Source: Callorhinchus milii
Lineage: Eukaryota
Assembly (NCBI RefSeq): GCF_018977255.1
Contig: NW_024704743.1
Location: 31,932,001-31,996,000 of the forward strand
Length of the DNA: 64,000 bases
Reading direction: 5' to 3'
The position numbers and the translations under genes were made by a program. The notes beneath the pieces were generated by a model that made no database searches, was not told where the DNA came from, and saw only the letters and a program-made list of their open reading frames with translations. Below are positions 51,657-63,789 of this stretch, in pieces. Position 1 is the first letter of the stretch. Every line of letters begins with the position of its first letter.

Positions 51657-51699
51657 GATTATTATTATTATTATTATTATTGTTATTATTATTATTATA

Positions 51700-52000
51700 G
51701 TGGATAGAGCTGCAGTTCATGGCCCAGGAACTCATTGGTTTGAATCCATGTTGAGTTCGCTTTTGTAATCCAGGGTTGCAGGGAAATTAAATTGGCCCTG
51801 TCTTCCCAGGATTGCGGAGCCACCCAGGGTTTCTGCTCTTGGTCTCACGTGCTGTGTATATGTGTGGCAGCAAGAGATGAGGGGTCAGGTTTGGCTACAG
51901 TCAAGTAGCCTACCGACACTCACTGCCAAGGTTCACACATAAAGAATGGCCACTTGGGAAGAATCCCAGAGGACAACCAGAGTCAGTGGATGAGGAGGCT
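51700..52000 (+). repeat. Dispersed SINE-like family Y
   Basis: ccagggtttctgctc; tagcctaccgacactcactgccaaggttcacac; reverse copies at 59005 and 59660. Confidence 0.65.
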
Positions 52001-52520
52001 ATACCAATTGGACCAAGTATTACAAAAAGCAAGATGATTTAAGAATTTTTCATAATTTCTGCACAATCAAAATGTTCTTATGGTCAGATCCTGGTGTAAT
52101 TTCGGGCCTTAGTGACTGAGTTAAGCCATGACAGAGGGCTGAGGTGACGTGGAAAAGCACTAACTGGTAACATGGCTCTATATTTAGTGCATGATATGAG
52201 GTAGAGCTGGTTTGTGATGTGATGTGAAGGAGTAGGAGAATTTGTATAGCACCCATAACATCGAAACGTTTCAAAGGGCTTCACAGTAATTACTGTCACG
52301 TCTATGGAAGGCATACAGAAGGCATCTCTATCAGTGAAGCTATTTCCATGACAACCTGCTTAATAAAGCCACTTTCTTAGAGATGAGGATCCTGGGCATA
52401 ACTAATATGCTGTTAGTTAAAGCCGGGTTGAGTCCAGGCAGCCATTTGATAATAGTGCAAATCTCCAGGCCTGAAATTTCAACTCATTTTGGCCAGGAAG
52501 AACCATTTTGTCTAAAAATG

Positions 52521-52686
52521 TAAGATTGTGGAGAATTGTCCAACATTCTTAAATTCTTATTTTGGAAGCTGGTGTTTTTTTAAAAAAAACTTTTAATTCA
52601 ATTTTCATTTTTTAATGAACTGCAGAAAACTGCACTTCCAAATTAGAATTGAATTTAAGAATTTTTTATAATTCCGCACAATCTTA
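52521..52686. mobile_element. Palindromic MITE-like element (family P)
   Basis: taagattgtggagaattgtccaacattcttaaattc...tttggaag versus cttccaaa...gaatttaagaat...aattccgcacaatctta. Confidence 0.75.
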
Positions 52687-53057
52687 AACTATTTTAAGAG
52701 GTTAAGTCAAGCCCCATGGGAGTTAAGGCACATTATTTAGTGGCCATTTCTTATCAAAGTGAACAGTACTAACGTTTAAATGTATGTTTAAATGAAGTGC
52801 TTTATTGTCTATTTTGTTGTGTCTTATTCCCTTTTTTCCCTGAAATGTGAATAGATTAGAATATCAATGTGATTCTGAGCCACATGCTACATGTCACCAC
52901 GTTTGGCAATAGTCCCATGAACAGCATCATCGCAGAGCTCACTCCCACTGTGTATAAACTATGTTTCTGACTGATCCTGCATTATGTTCCTCCAACAGCC
53001 AGACATGCAAAGATCGGCCTGTAGTTACAGATATCTTATTAATCTCTGAAGTACAAA

Positions 53058-53150
53058 TACATAGGAACAGAGGAACAGGACTAGGCCATTCGGCCCATTG
53101 AGCCTTTTCCACCACTTCCCAAGATTGTGGTGGATTCCACTTCCCCACCC
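53058..53150 (-). mobile_element. CR1 tail
   Basis: acataggaacagaggaacaggactaggccattcggcccattgagcc. Confidence 0.75.
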
Positions 53151-53394
53151 TCTCTCCAACTGCAGAGTTGAACATGTATTTGCTATTTCTGCTTACCTGC
53201 CAGACTTTCAACACTTCATTGATGGTTCCCGTCCTTACATTGTCCGTTCTAAAATGTTTGAGAATATGCCCAGAATAATACTTGCATTTGTGTTTGATAA
53301 AGAGTTCCTATTTTCATTTACTTTATTTCTACCTTCAGTCCTTAAAGAACCTTTATTTATTCATGTAAGTTTACCCCAGTTATCTATCTCAACA

Positions 53395-54060
53395 AGCAGA
53401 GATGCTGCTGAAACCCTGGTCCACGCCTTTATCACCTCAAGGCTGGACTATGGGAACTCTCTCCTCGCCGGCCTTCCCACCACCTCCCTCCACAAGCTGC
53501 AGGTCATTCAGAACTCTGCAGCTCGTGTACTGTCCCGCACCAGGCTTCTCGACCACATCACTCCCACCCTCGCTCGTCCCCACTGGCTCCCCATCCCCCA
53601 GAGGATCGAATTCAAGATCCTCATCCTCACCTACAAGGCCATTCACGGCCTCGCTCCCTCCTACCTCTCCGACCTACTATCCTCCTACTTACCTGCCCGT
53701 ACCCTCCGTTCCTCTGGCTCCGGTCTGCTCCACATCCCCCGCCCCAACCGCCCTACCATCGGTGGCCGGGCCTTCAGCCTCTCATCCCCTAGGCTCTGGA
53801 ACTCTATCCCCCAGTGCCTTCGCTGCCTCCTCCCTTTCCTCCTTCAAGGCCGGTCTCAAGACCTTTCTCTTTGACCGTGCCTTCACCTCCCCTCTCGACT
53901 CTCTAACCCTTCCTCGCTCCCTCCCTCCCTCCCTTCCCTCCCCTCACCCTGACCATTTCCTTCCTGCTCGTGTCCTGACTCAACTGCACAGCGCCTTGGG
54001 ACGTCCTCCCGACGTGAAAGGAGCTCTATAAATGCAATCTTGTTGTTGTTGTTGTTGTTA
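53395..54060 (+). mobile_element. Young L2 3' region
   Basis: AAETLVHAFITSRLDYGNSLLAGLP...HITPTL...WLPIPQRIEFKIL; intact tail and (ttg)n. Confidence 0.96.
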
Positions 54061-55504
54061 TTACAGACAGTTGTCAGTGGGGTTGAACATGTGGTGTTTG
54101 CAAACCTGAAGTCGCTCTGCTAATAATGACATCCAGTTTGTAATTTAAATCATTGGATTTGATACGAAAATGACCAAACAACTGGGGAGAGGGCAATGCT
54201 GGCGAAGGCCATTCTGTGCTCAGCGTTTTGCTTTCCAGCCTTTTGTTGAACTTTTTGAACTTACAAAAGAACTGCAGAAAAAGCTCCATAGCAATAAACA
54301 TTTTAAAATCTTCATATTTTTTGCTCACAAAATATGCAGTCAATTCACTTTACAGTATATTCTGTGAAGCACTTTGAGACGTCTCAACGACATTATAAGG
54401 CGCTATATCAAATTCAAGGATTATTATCACTATTATTTATTTTATACGTTTTTTTAAAAGTGAATTTCAAATGTCGTTGTCCAGGTTGCTCAACTATGTT
54501 ACCAAATATATTCTTAGTTGCTGGATATACGGATTGTATTCATAGAGAACAAAGGAATTGGCTGGTGGGTAACTGTAACCCATGATAAACAAGCTTTATT
54601 TATTACATTTATTAATCAGATATTTCATTTATCCTTTATAAATCTATAAATAACAAAGACTTGAAGTGCGTTACTTAACGGGTGGTGGTTGACATACAAG
54701 CCACCCGACCTTGGATCATGATTTGTGTATGAGGGACGTGATTGTAAATATAGGGTAAGCACAGTAACATTGGAGACTGATTTCTCCAATCTGTTGTTCA
54801 CTTGGCTGCAGTATGAACCAACCACTGAAGGTAAATGTTACCATTCAAGTAAAGATGTCAAAGCGTAAAAAGTGCAGCTGCAAAAAGTGAAACTTTATAG
54901 AGTCAGTGAACTCTCAGGCCGTGAGCTTTCCTCACAGTTGTACCCTCAATTCACTTACCAGGAAGGCACCATGTCCCACTTAAACACCCCACAAAAATCT
55001 GACAAAACAAACAGCACAAGTTTAAAGGAAATGTTCGGTTTTCTCCTGTGTACTTAAGGAATGATTTGCACTGATGCAGTGACACAGCCCCAGGCTAACT
55101 AAACCAGGCACCAAAGGCAGGGAAATTATCAGGCAAGGGGGAGGACAGAAATACTTTTCAATTGACTCACCAAGGAATAGTAAGTTTGTTCTGGCAGTAC
55201 TTTCTAGTACACCGCAGATGGCTACAGTTTTAAAATCGAAATCCCTTCCTATATCTTGGACACATTTTTTTCTTAAGTATTTCTATGATGAATTTTGCAT
55301 ATTTTATTTTTAAATTACAAATTAAGATGGAGTCGACTTTATATTTAATTCCCCTCATGTCACCAGTTAGTAAATGCTTCATTAATTTCTGACCTTTTCA
55401 TTAAGAGGATCTTACCAATTTGCAGTCATTGAAGCTAATTAGAAAAGATATTATTTGCATTAAATAATGTTAAATTAATCTGTGTGCATGCTGCGATAGG
55501 TGTT

Positions 55505-55905
55505 AGCCTGGCTCAGTTGGTAATGTTCTCGCCTCTGGTTGTGGGTTCAAGCCCCACTTTAGGATTTTGAACTTATAGTTCAGGCTGACAATTCAATACT
55601 GTGCTGGGGGTTCACTGCTTTAATGGACAGTGCCATCCTTTGAATGAAATTAAATCGAGATCCCATCTACCTGTTCAGATGGATGTTAAGGATCACGTGA
55701 CGTTATTCAAAAAGAGATGGGCCAGAAATCCCCCAGATATAATTGGTCATTCACTCCATGGCTGTTTGTGGATATTGCTATGTGCTATGGCTACCGCTTT
55801 CACCTACAAAACACACAGACACTATATTTTACAGTAAACCCTGTGAAGCGGTTTGAGACATCCTGCTGACATGAGAGGCGTTATATCAAAATCAAGGATT
55901 ATGAA
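55505..55905 (+). mobile_element. SacSINE1/Deu-type SINE, near full length
   Basis: cctggctcagttggtaatgttctcgcctctggttgtgggttcaagccccac; ggctgtttgtggatattgct; tail. Confidence 0.85.
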
Positions 55906-56472
55906 TAATTATTTTATCTTAATCATTGCTGAGCTGTGAAAACTCAAAAGCGCAGAAAACCCAAAGTCAAGCTTGTTGGTCTAAAGAGAAGTTTGAGGTT
56001 TTTCAATAACTTAATAAGGTGCTGTATCAAATGCAACAATTATTATTATTGTTATTGAGCAAGTAAAGTCCAGCCACAGAAGACCACTATTTCTCCTAGT
56101 TCAAAGCTACATAAAATCTCTCAGATTAGATGGTTGCTTGTTTAAGTTGCTGCATGCTGAGATACATGCTAGAAGCAATACAAAATGTATAATTGTATAA
56201 GCATTATTAATTGAAAGGAATGAAAAGTTGCTGCAAGTTGAATTCCCAAATCATTTCAGAGCCCTTATGGTAACATTTAGCACAGTTCTGGGATGGTTTG
56301 CATTCCTAGGGTATTCTGTAACTGCAACTTAATCCTTAGCAAGGGCGAGCACTTGCATTAATTGAGATCCCTGCATTGGAGGTCTAAATTCAACTCCACC
56401 AAACCCATTGTGTCTGAATTTTAAGTGTGTCAGGAAAACTGTTGCTCAGGTCATGTCAACAATATGGAAATA

Positions 56473-56577
56473 GGGGTTGAAAATTGTGACACAAGTCCCC
56501 AAGGAACACAGCTGTAATCCTCGCCTCAGGGCTTGCTTTTGCCTCGTCAGTACAGGCAAAATTGCTTTTCATACCCC
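56473..56577. mobile_element. Short TA-flanked MITE
   Basis: ta-ggggttgaaaa...ttttcatacccc-ta. Confidence 0.55.
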
Positions 56578-57224
56578 TATTATATTTTAAGACCCTCCGA
56601 GATGGTGCCCAGTGTGAAGGCCTCTATGTAAATGCAAGTTGTTGTTGTTATACCATCCAAACGGAATTTGAAAGTGTGGAATGAAAGAGGAGATGGTGCT
56701 TATTTTGGGACTCTGGTACTTTCTACCTCCTTGCGAAGTGTTATTTCCAGTCTGGCAAACATCTGTTCTGCTCTGGTATAGCACTTTCTCTCAGCACACG
56801 CCCTGGCACAAACAGTCCATCCCGCTCTGAGGAGGGCTTTGCAAATCTGGAGTTGGGAAAAGGATGTGTTGTACATCGGGCTTGGCTCTGGAGACAAGCT
56901 AGTAATGTAAAATAGGTACAAAGGTCATTTAATATTTCAACTTGAGCCTTCATACTCTTCTCCCCACTATCAGGATTTGATGGATCCTTACATACGTAGA
57001 TCCTTAGCACATCAAAATATCCCAAAACACTTGACCAGCAATTACTGCCAACTGTAGTGACTGGTAGTGACTGTATCTGTAGGCAAACTCTATTACCTAA
57101 TCCCCTCCGCAGCTGAAATCCTCAATATCTCCTCTCCCTAGGTCTACTCTCCTCAAGCTCCACCTCTTCTAAAAATTTGCAGTTATATCCTACATTCGGC
57201 TTCAAACTTTCCAGTCTGGAGATC

Positions 57225-57450
57225 TGGATGATCTCTTCGACCGTGCCTTTGGTCACCCTCCTATGTCCCTGCCCTCCACCTGACCGAATCCCAACCCTCA
57301 GCTTGGGTCTGAAACACTGATTATTCAGCCCCTTGGGACGTCCACCTGATGTGAAAGGTGTATACAAATGTAGTTTTGTTGTTGTTGTTGTGAAGTCCCT
57401 CATTCCTGGTACCATTCTGGTAAATCTCCTCCACACACTCTCCAAGGCCT
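57225..57450. mobile_element. L2 tail (+ strand) abutting a CR1 fragment (- strand)
   Basis: ttgggacgtccacctgatgtgaaagg...(ttg)n; reverse-strand ESVWRRFTRMVPGMRDF. Confidence 0.8.
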
Positions 57451-59004
57451 CCAGTTCTCCAATGTTCTCTGAAACCTAGGTTTTAAATGTTGAGATATAT
57501 GAAGCACTTTGAGACGTCTTCACGATGTGAAAGGCGCTACTTCAAATACAAGGATTTTTATTATTTATTATTTATATATGCTTTGTAGTCTGTGGCGTGT
57601 AAATTCTCCCAGTCATTCAGCAGTGCCCTAAGGTTTGGAAGAAAACAAAGAAACCAGTGCACATACATGTGCACCAAGATTCACACGTAACAGCCACTCA
57701 CTGGTCAAAGTCAACTGGCTCGAGGGATCAGAGTTATAGAATCATAGAATTTTTCTTAGTCATGTTGCTATATTGAGCACTTCCAACCATGTACATGGAA
57801 TTTTGTATTAGCTCCAGTAAAAACTCTATCATCAAGGTAACCATTTCACGGGTTTTGGTATTTGGTGGTCTATGCTACAGATTTTCTTCCAAATTTATGT
57901 TACTATCAGCATATATTTTGGCATAAAAATGTTAATGTACCACAGGCATTCGAGCAAAGTTCAGTTTCCCACTTCCGCATTATCCTTCTCAGCCAAAGGG
58001 TACAACAGTGTGAGCAATACACTGCTCTAAAGCTGATGTTGGTGCCAATCTGCGCTTTGCAGAGAAGGTTGGATCTCTGGGGCACTTTACAATATATCCT
58101 ATGAAGCATTTTAAGACATCCTCCCAACATGAGAGGCGCTATATCAAATGGAAGTTTTTNATGTCCAGATTTCCTTTTATTAAAAGCAGAAATTCCGGAA
58201 ATCTTAGGCAGGTCAACCGTCTGTTGAAAGAGAAAACTAGGTTTTGGGCTTCACAGTTTCTCAAATCATGTCACTAAACATTAACCATAGACTTCATTCA
58301 TTCATTCATTCATTCCATGGCTGTTTGTGGGACATTGCTGTGTGCAAATTGACTGCCACATTCATTTATACAAAATATGCAGTATTTACAGTAAATCCTA
58401 TCAGGCACTTTGAGATGCTTCCTGGCACGAAATACAGTATATCAAGTGCAAAGAATTTTAATTTGTTTAATTTAACCCAAATGTTAATCGTTTTTATTTT
58501 CCAGGTGTTCATTGACCTGCAGTAGAACTTTCTATTATTTTTTCAGCAATTTTTGTACTTTGCCCACTCCAGTTTTCTTTTCTCTTTAAGCCATTGACTC
58601 ATACTAGTGTATGGATCCATAAGCATTAGTTGTCCTCAGATATCTTGCTCAAGTGTACTTGCAAACCCCCCTCCAAATATGTATTTCTTATACTCTGACT
58701 TTGGTTAATATATTTAATTGTCTCCTTTCCCTGTTTCACTGGCACCTGTACATTTGTCAAGTCGTTTAAGTTTGTTTTCATCTTAATGTGTCCAATTATT
58801 TTCTCTAATTTCCTTCCGTTGATGTATGCTTCTGTCCTTGGTCTCCAACCTTCTCTTGCAGGGGTGTAGGTCTACAGTCACATGTTATCCTTCTGTACAA
58901 AATATACAGTCAATTCACTTTACAATATATTCTGTGAAGCGTTTGAGACGCCTCAACAATGTGAAAAGACGCTATATCAAATGCAAGGATTATTATTATT
59001 ACAC

Positions 59005-59225
59005 GTGTGAGCCTTGGCAGTGAGTATTGGCAACTGTAGAGTGCGCAACAGCTGAGCCTGACCTTTCTTCATCCGGCTGCCACACTCACACACAACCAGT
59101 AGAGTCTGTAAAGGAATCAGGAGCAAAACCCAGGCTGTTTTTTTCCTTGCTAACTGACTCCTTTCAAAGGCCAACTTAGCCTCCGCAGATAGGCATAGCT
59201 GAGACCAGCAAACTCAACATAGACT
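59005..59225 (-). repeat. Family Y copy
   Basis: gtgagccttggcagtgagtattggca is the reverse complement of 51915-51940. Confidence 0.65.
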
Positions 59226-59329
59226 AGATGCAGCTTCATCTACTATATCATCAGAGCATCCTTCTTTGATACATTCTTTTCTGTAAGGGGTACGATATAA
59301 ATAAATAAATAAATAAATAAATAAAGGAC

Positions 59330-59650
59330 GTGGAGTCCTGTAGCTCAGTGGTTAGAGCACTCGCTTTGCAAGCGAGAGACCTGAGTTCAATTCCAGGCAG
59401 AGGGCGAAACCTTGGGCAAGTTTCTTTACCCACACGCCTAATAATAATCCCTCCAAAACCAAAAACAATAATAAATTGGTCATTTTCAATCTACAACTGT
59501 TTGTGGGACATTGATGTGCGCAATTGGCTGCCGGGTTTGCCCACAAATATACAGTCAATTCACTTTACAGTGTGTTCTGTGAAGCGCTTTGGGACGTCCT
59601 CCCGACGTGAAAAGCGCTATATCAAATGCAAGGATTATTATTATTATTAT
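59330..59650 (+). mobile_element. tRNA-Ala-derived SINE, short subfamily, full length, young
   Basis: A box tagctcagtgg, stem ctcgc-tttgcaa-gcgag, B box gagttcaattcc, (tta)n tail; preceded by (aaat)n. Confidence 0.95.
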
Positions 59651-59659
59651 AAATACAAT

Positions 59660-60020
59660 TATTGTTGGCAGGCTATTTGACTGTGCGCATTTGTGTGTGG
59701 TAGAGGAGGGGAAGGGGAGGATTAGAGTCGAGTTAGATTCTGTCCCACATGATATCCAAACATACACATTTTCCAATACAGGTCACTGGATAGTGATTAT
59801 TGACAGGGCTTATCGATTTCCCCCTTCCTAACTCAGGATAACTGAGCCCAAATGCAGCACTCGAACCACCATCTCGCACCGAGATCAGTATAGTGGGCGG
59901 GCAGAGCGCTCCGGGCCGCTAACCCACGTGAAGAGCTCTTTATAAATGCAAGTTGTTGTTATAGAGAGCAACACTGGTCTGTTGGTTCAGCCTCATATTG
60001 AGAGGCACTAACTGAGCCAT
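59660..60020 (-). repeat. Family Y copy containing an L2-type tail
   Basis: tgttggcaggctatttgac; gtcactggatagtgat also at 38574; actaactgagccat. Confidence 0.6.
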
Positions 60021-61789
60021 AGGGAAGCATGAAACATTCCTAAAACCGGGAAGACATTCTGCCTCAAAAAGAGATTGTTTATTTAAAATTGATCCAAAGA
60101 AGGATCAGAGCCTAGGGAGGGAGGGGGGGGGGGGTGGGTGGGAGTGTGGAAAGGGAGGGCATGTGAGGGAAGTCACAGCTGTCAAATTGCCGGCCTTGCA
60201 GAGAAAGCGGCTGTCACCTTGTTGAGAGCAACGCTATCCTGTGACCTTTTCAGGTTCAAGGTTGATAATGAGAAGAGTCAGGCAGGAAGAGCAGCGAGCT
60301 GACTCCATTAATGTTAGCTGCATGTGCAATCAGTGCCAGGCATCTCCTGTCAATTAGTGCAGGTAGACCATAGGGCGTCTTGTTACCAGAGCCACTCCGA
60401 CTGCAGCGAGCTGCCAAATCAACTCGTCCTACAGCCTCCCGACTCCTGATGAATCGCTTTTTCTCTATTGATTTTCACTGTTTATTAAAATATAAAAAGA
60501 GAAGCTTCAGTGATTTTGCTTCAAAAATGTAAAGGGCGCAGGAATATTTTAGTGCAATTCCGGTCCAGAATCTTTCACCGTAAGCAGTTATGCTAATTCA
60601 AAATATACAGAAATGCAAATCTATGTATCAGCGCTTAAAATAAAGCTGAATATTCAGTAGGCAGGTAGATCATAAGTCACTGATCCCCAGGGGACCTTAA
60701 GAACATTTTTAGTTGTCCTTAATGTTAACCAGGATGTCAGTCATTGCTGGCCTGTCATAAAGAGGAATGGGTTCCTAAGAAGCATTGTTACCTTACACAA
60801 ATTTGACTTTCTTTTTAAAGGTACAGTCTTTTTCTACATGATTTCCTGTGACCTCTGGCTGTCTTTCCATTACAAGTGCCACGTATCCAGCATTTCATCA
60901 AAGTGAGCTGAGCCCCAGAAACATGTCATTATATTCATTGGGCACGGGAAGAAGAGGCACATTATGGGAATATGCTCAGTGCAGGGGAGAAGTGAGCTGA
61001 CTTGGTGTTCAGGGACGCAGAAGCCATGTTGAAGACCATAGACGTGGCTGCAAAGAACACAAGCTGATCCCATTGGCAATATGGCAGGAACAGAGACAGT
61101 CGGATTTTAACATTCACATCTGTGAGTTGAAAGATCCAAACCAAGCCAGAGTAAAATCAGTGTCTCAACAATAAATGAAAGGATGGTGGCAGGCAATCAA
61201 CATGGAAAGGGAAGAACACTGATGTTATATTTGCCACGATATGTTGCACATTTTGTCAACAGTCACTCAGGGGATTGTAGAGTAATCTTCATTTTAAAAG
61301 ATGTTTATTTCCCAGCATGTGCTTCAGGCTAGGAACGTATTAAAATTGCTACAGAAACCTATCAGAAGACTTTGAGACGACCAGGATGATTTCTTGAGAG
61401 CAGAGGAGCATTAAAATGGGTGAGGGGCGCATTTGAAGATAAGCAGTCGAGACAATTTGCTGTACTGGAAAGATACAAAACATCTACTTACAGCCTGGAC
61501 TGTTGAACTGTGAGCGCTTCAAGTCTTGCAGTTCCAACCCAGAAAATCATTCTGCTATTGAAACAAAACAGCAAGGAAATGTGTTAATTTGAATTTATCC
61601 AAACATGATTTTTTCTAGAAATGCAAGACTATTTGACACAACATTTTTCCCTCAATTATTTTTCCTCCTTCAATCCTTTAACAACCAAATTGTTTCTTGA
61701 TTTATTTTGTCCTGTCTCGCCTATTCAACATCCTTGACTCTTGCTAAACCATGCGCATTGGCCCTCCACTAGGATCGTGAATTATGGAG

Positions 61790-62638
61790 TGTTACAACAG
61801 ACTAGAGTCCAACTGAACGTCAGCAACACCTCAGGCGCTGGCAGCATCAGTATCCACTGCTGCACACTCAACCTCACTAAGCCAGTCAGGAACCTGGGTG
61901 TCTTGCTTGACCCTGAACTGTCCTTTCTTCCCCACATCTGCGCCATGACCGGCACTGCCTACCACCACCTCCGCAACATTGCCAGACTCCGCCACTGCCT
62001 CACCCCTCAGGCTGCTGAAACCCTCACCCACGCAATCGTCACATCAAGGCTCGATTATGGAAACTCCCTCCTCATCGGCCTTCCCAACTCTTCCCTTCAC
62101 AAGCTGTAGATCATCCAAAATTCTGCAGCTCGTGTACTCTCACGCACCAGGCTCTGTGACCCCATCACTCCCACCCTCGCCCGACTCCACTGGCTCCCCA
62201 TCCCCCAGAGGATCGAATTCAAGATTCTCGGCCTCACTTTCAAGACCATCCATGGCCTTGCCCCTTCCTACCTCTCTGACCTGCTGACTCCCTACCAACC
62301 TGCCCGCTCCCTCCGTTCAGCGAGCTCCGGCCTGCTCCATGTTTCCTGCCCAAACCGTCCTACCATCGGTGGCCGGGCTTTCAGCCTCTCTGCCCCCATA
62401 CTCTGGAACTCCATCCCACAGTCCTTTCGTCTCACTTCCTCCCTTGCCTCCTTCAAGGCCAGGTTCAAGACCCTCCTCTTCGATCATGCCTTCAGTCACC
62501 CTCCCACCTCTCTGCACTTTCCTCACCCCTACCCCACGCTTCCTAACTTTTCACCTAACCCCTAACTGTCCAGTGCCTTGGGATGTCCTCTCGACGTGAA
62601 AGGCGCTCTATAAATGGAATTTTCTTGTTGTTGTTGTT
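61790..62638 (+). mobile_element. L2 LINE 3' ~0.85 kb
   Basis: VRNLGVLLDPELSF...HLRNIARLRHCL...TSRLDYGNSLL; (ttg)n tail. Confidence 0.95.
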
Positions 62639-62674
62639 ACATCATAATAACCCTGCCACCAACTCAATAACATC

Positions 62675-62945
62675 AATAAATTACATTTGTATAGAGCATT
62701 TCATGTTGGGAAGACATCCCAAAGTACTGGACAGTCAAGGATGTGAACTTGAGCTGGGGGTTGGGATCAGGAGTCGTGGAGGGCAGGGAGGATGAGAGTA
62801 GGAGGGTAACCAAAGGCAAAGTCAAAGAAAAAGGTCCTGAAATGGGCCTTAAAGGAGGTAAGGGAGGCGAAGGGACTGTGGGATAGATTTTCAAAGGGTG
62901 GAAGCAGAAAGGCTGAAGGCCATACCGCTGATGGTGGGATAGCAG
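62675..62945 (-). mobile_element. L2 3' end, tail-to-tail with the previous L2
   Basis: ttacatttgtatagagcatttcatgttgggaagacatccc; ggctgaaggcc. Confidence 0.85.
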
Positions 62946-63401
62946 GACATTTATTAACAAACCCACATTTCATTCGACGTGGGTCAATCAAATGACTGTG
63001 TTATTAATCCAACTGAGATCAGCTAACCTACCACACCAACAATTCCCATCCTCCTGCAATGCTGCTACCATTTCAAACTGTTTCTTACATGAGTCCTGAG
63101 ATCTGGCCTCTACCCCCTTCCCCCCTCCCCATTCTGGTAATCTGTTCAAATTGATGATCACTGACTGTATAAAGACGTACAGCAGACAGGGTTAAATATT
63201 GCAGATGTGGTATGAATGAACATACTGGAGTTTTTTGTGTGATAACCTTTGTGAATCAGGGAGTCTCTATGCAGAGCTTTCTCCCAGGAGGCAGAGTGGG
63301 ATGGAGCCTTGAGTCGTGTTTGTTTTTGTGTGTTCTGTGGTAGGAGTGTACCTGACAGACCTAATAACCCTTTCTCATTCTGTGTTCTCTTTTGTTCTCA
63401 G

Positions 63402-63545
63402 CTGAATGTGAGATTACTGGTGCTGCTCTTGCTTACAAGATGGCAAATTGCTTCGTGCTTCAGTTCCACAGAATCTGAAAGTAATCAACCTCTGGTTACA
63501 CACCAGGCCTAATTTCCAATCCTGACTGCTGCATATCATCACAAG
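63402..63545 (+). other. Candidate non-coding exon (144 nt)
   Basis: Branch-like ctaat, long pyrimidine tract ending ttctcag, donor AAG/gtaagg; stops in all three frames. Confidence 0.3.
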
Positions 63546-63789
63546 GTAAGGCTACAAGTTCAGTGTCTTGCAATCTGATTTCTAATAATGCTACTTCCTG
63601 ACTCTTTTCAATAGAATCAATGTTCACGCCATTGTACATAAATATCATTACTTTAATTGTCCCCATCCCAAATACATCAGATACATGCTCCCTGTGAAAT
63701 GCTTTAAGACCTTTTGACATAGTAAGTGTTATATTAAATGCCAGGATTATCATAAACAGTTGGTCCCTGGGCATCTACTGATAAAGGAC

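Noticed and set aside
53098..53874. 258-aa ORF as a host gene
   Set aside because: C-terminal part is L2 ORF2 and the N-terminal part is chance read-through; the same applies to 42299-43018 and 50045-50563
58180..58260. Penelope-type terminal repeat remnant
   Set aside because: Only a faint resemblance (aaaagcagaaatt...gcaggtca); too decayed to support
59330..59405. tRNA-Ala(TGC) gene
   Set aside because: Has A/B boxes and an anticodon arm but no proper acceptor stem, and runs into a SINE body and tail; multi-copy SINE head
60860..61145. Possible coding exon
   Set aside because: Stops in all + frames, unrecognisable - strand peptides and no convincing splice pair
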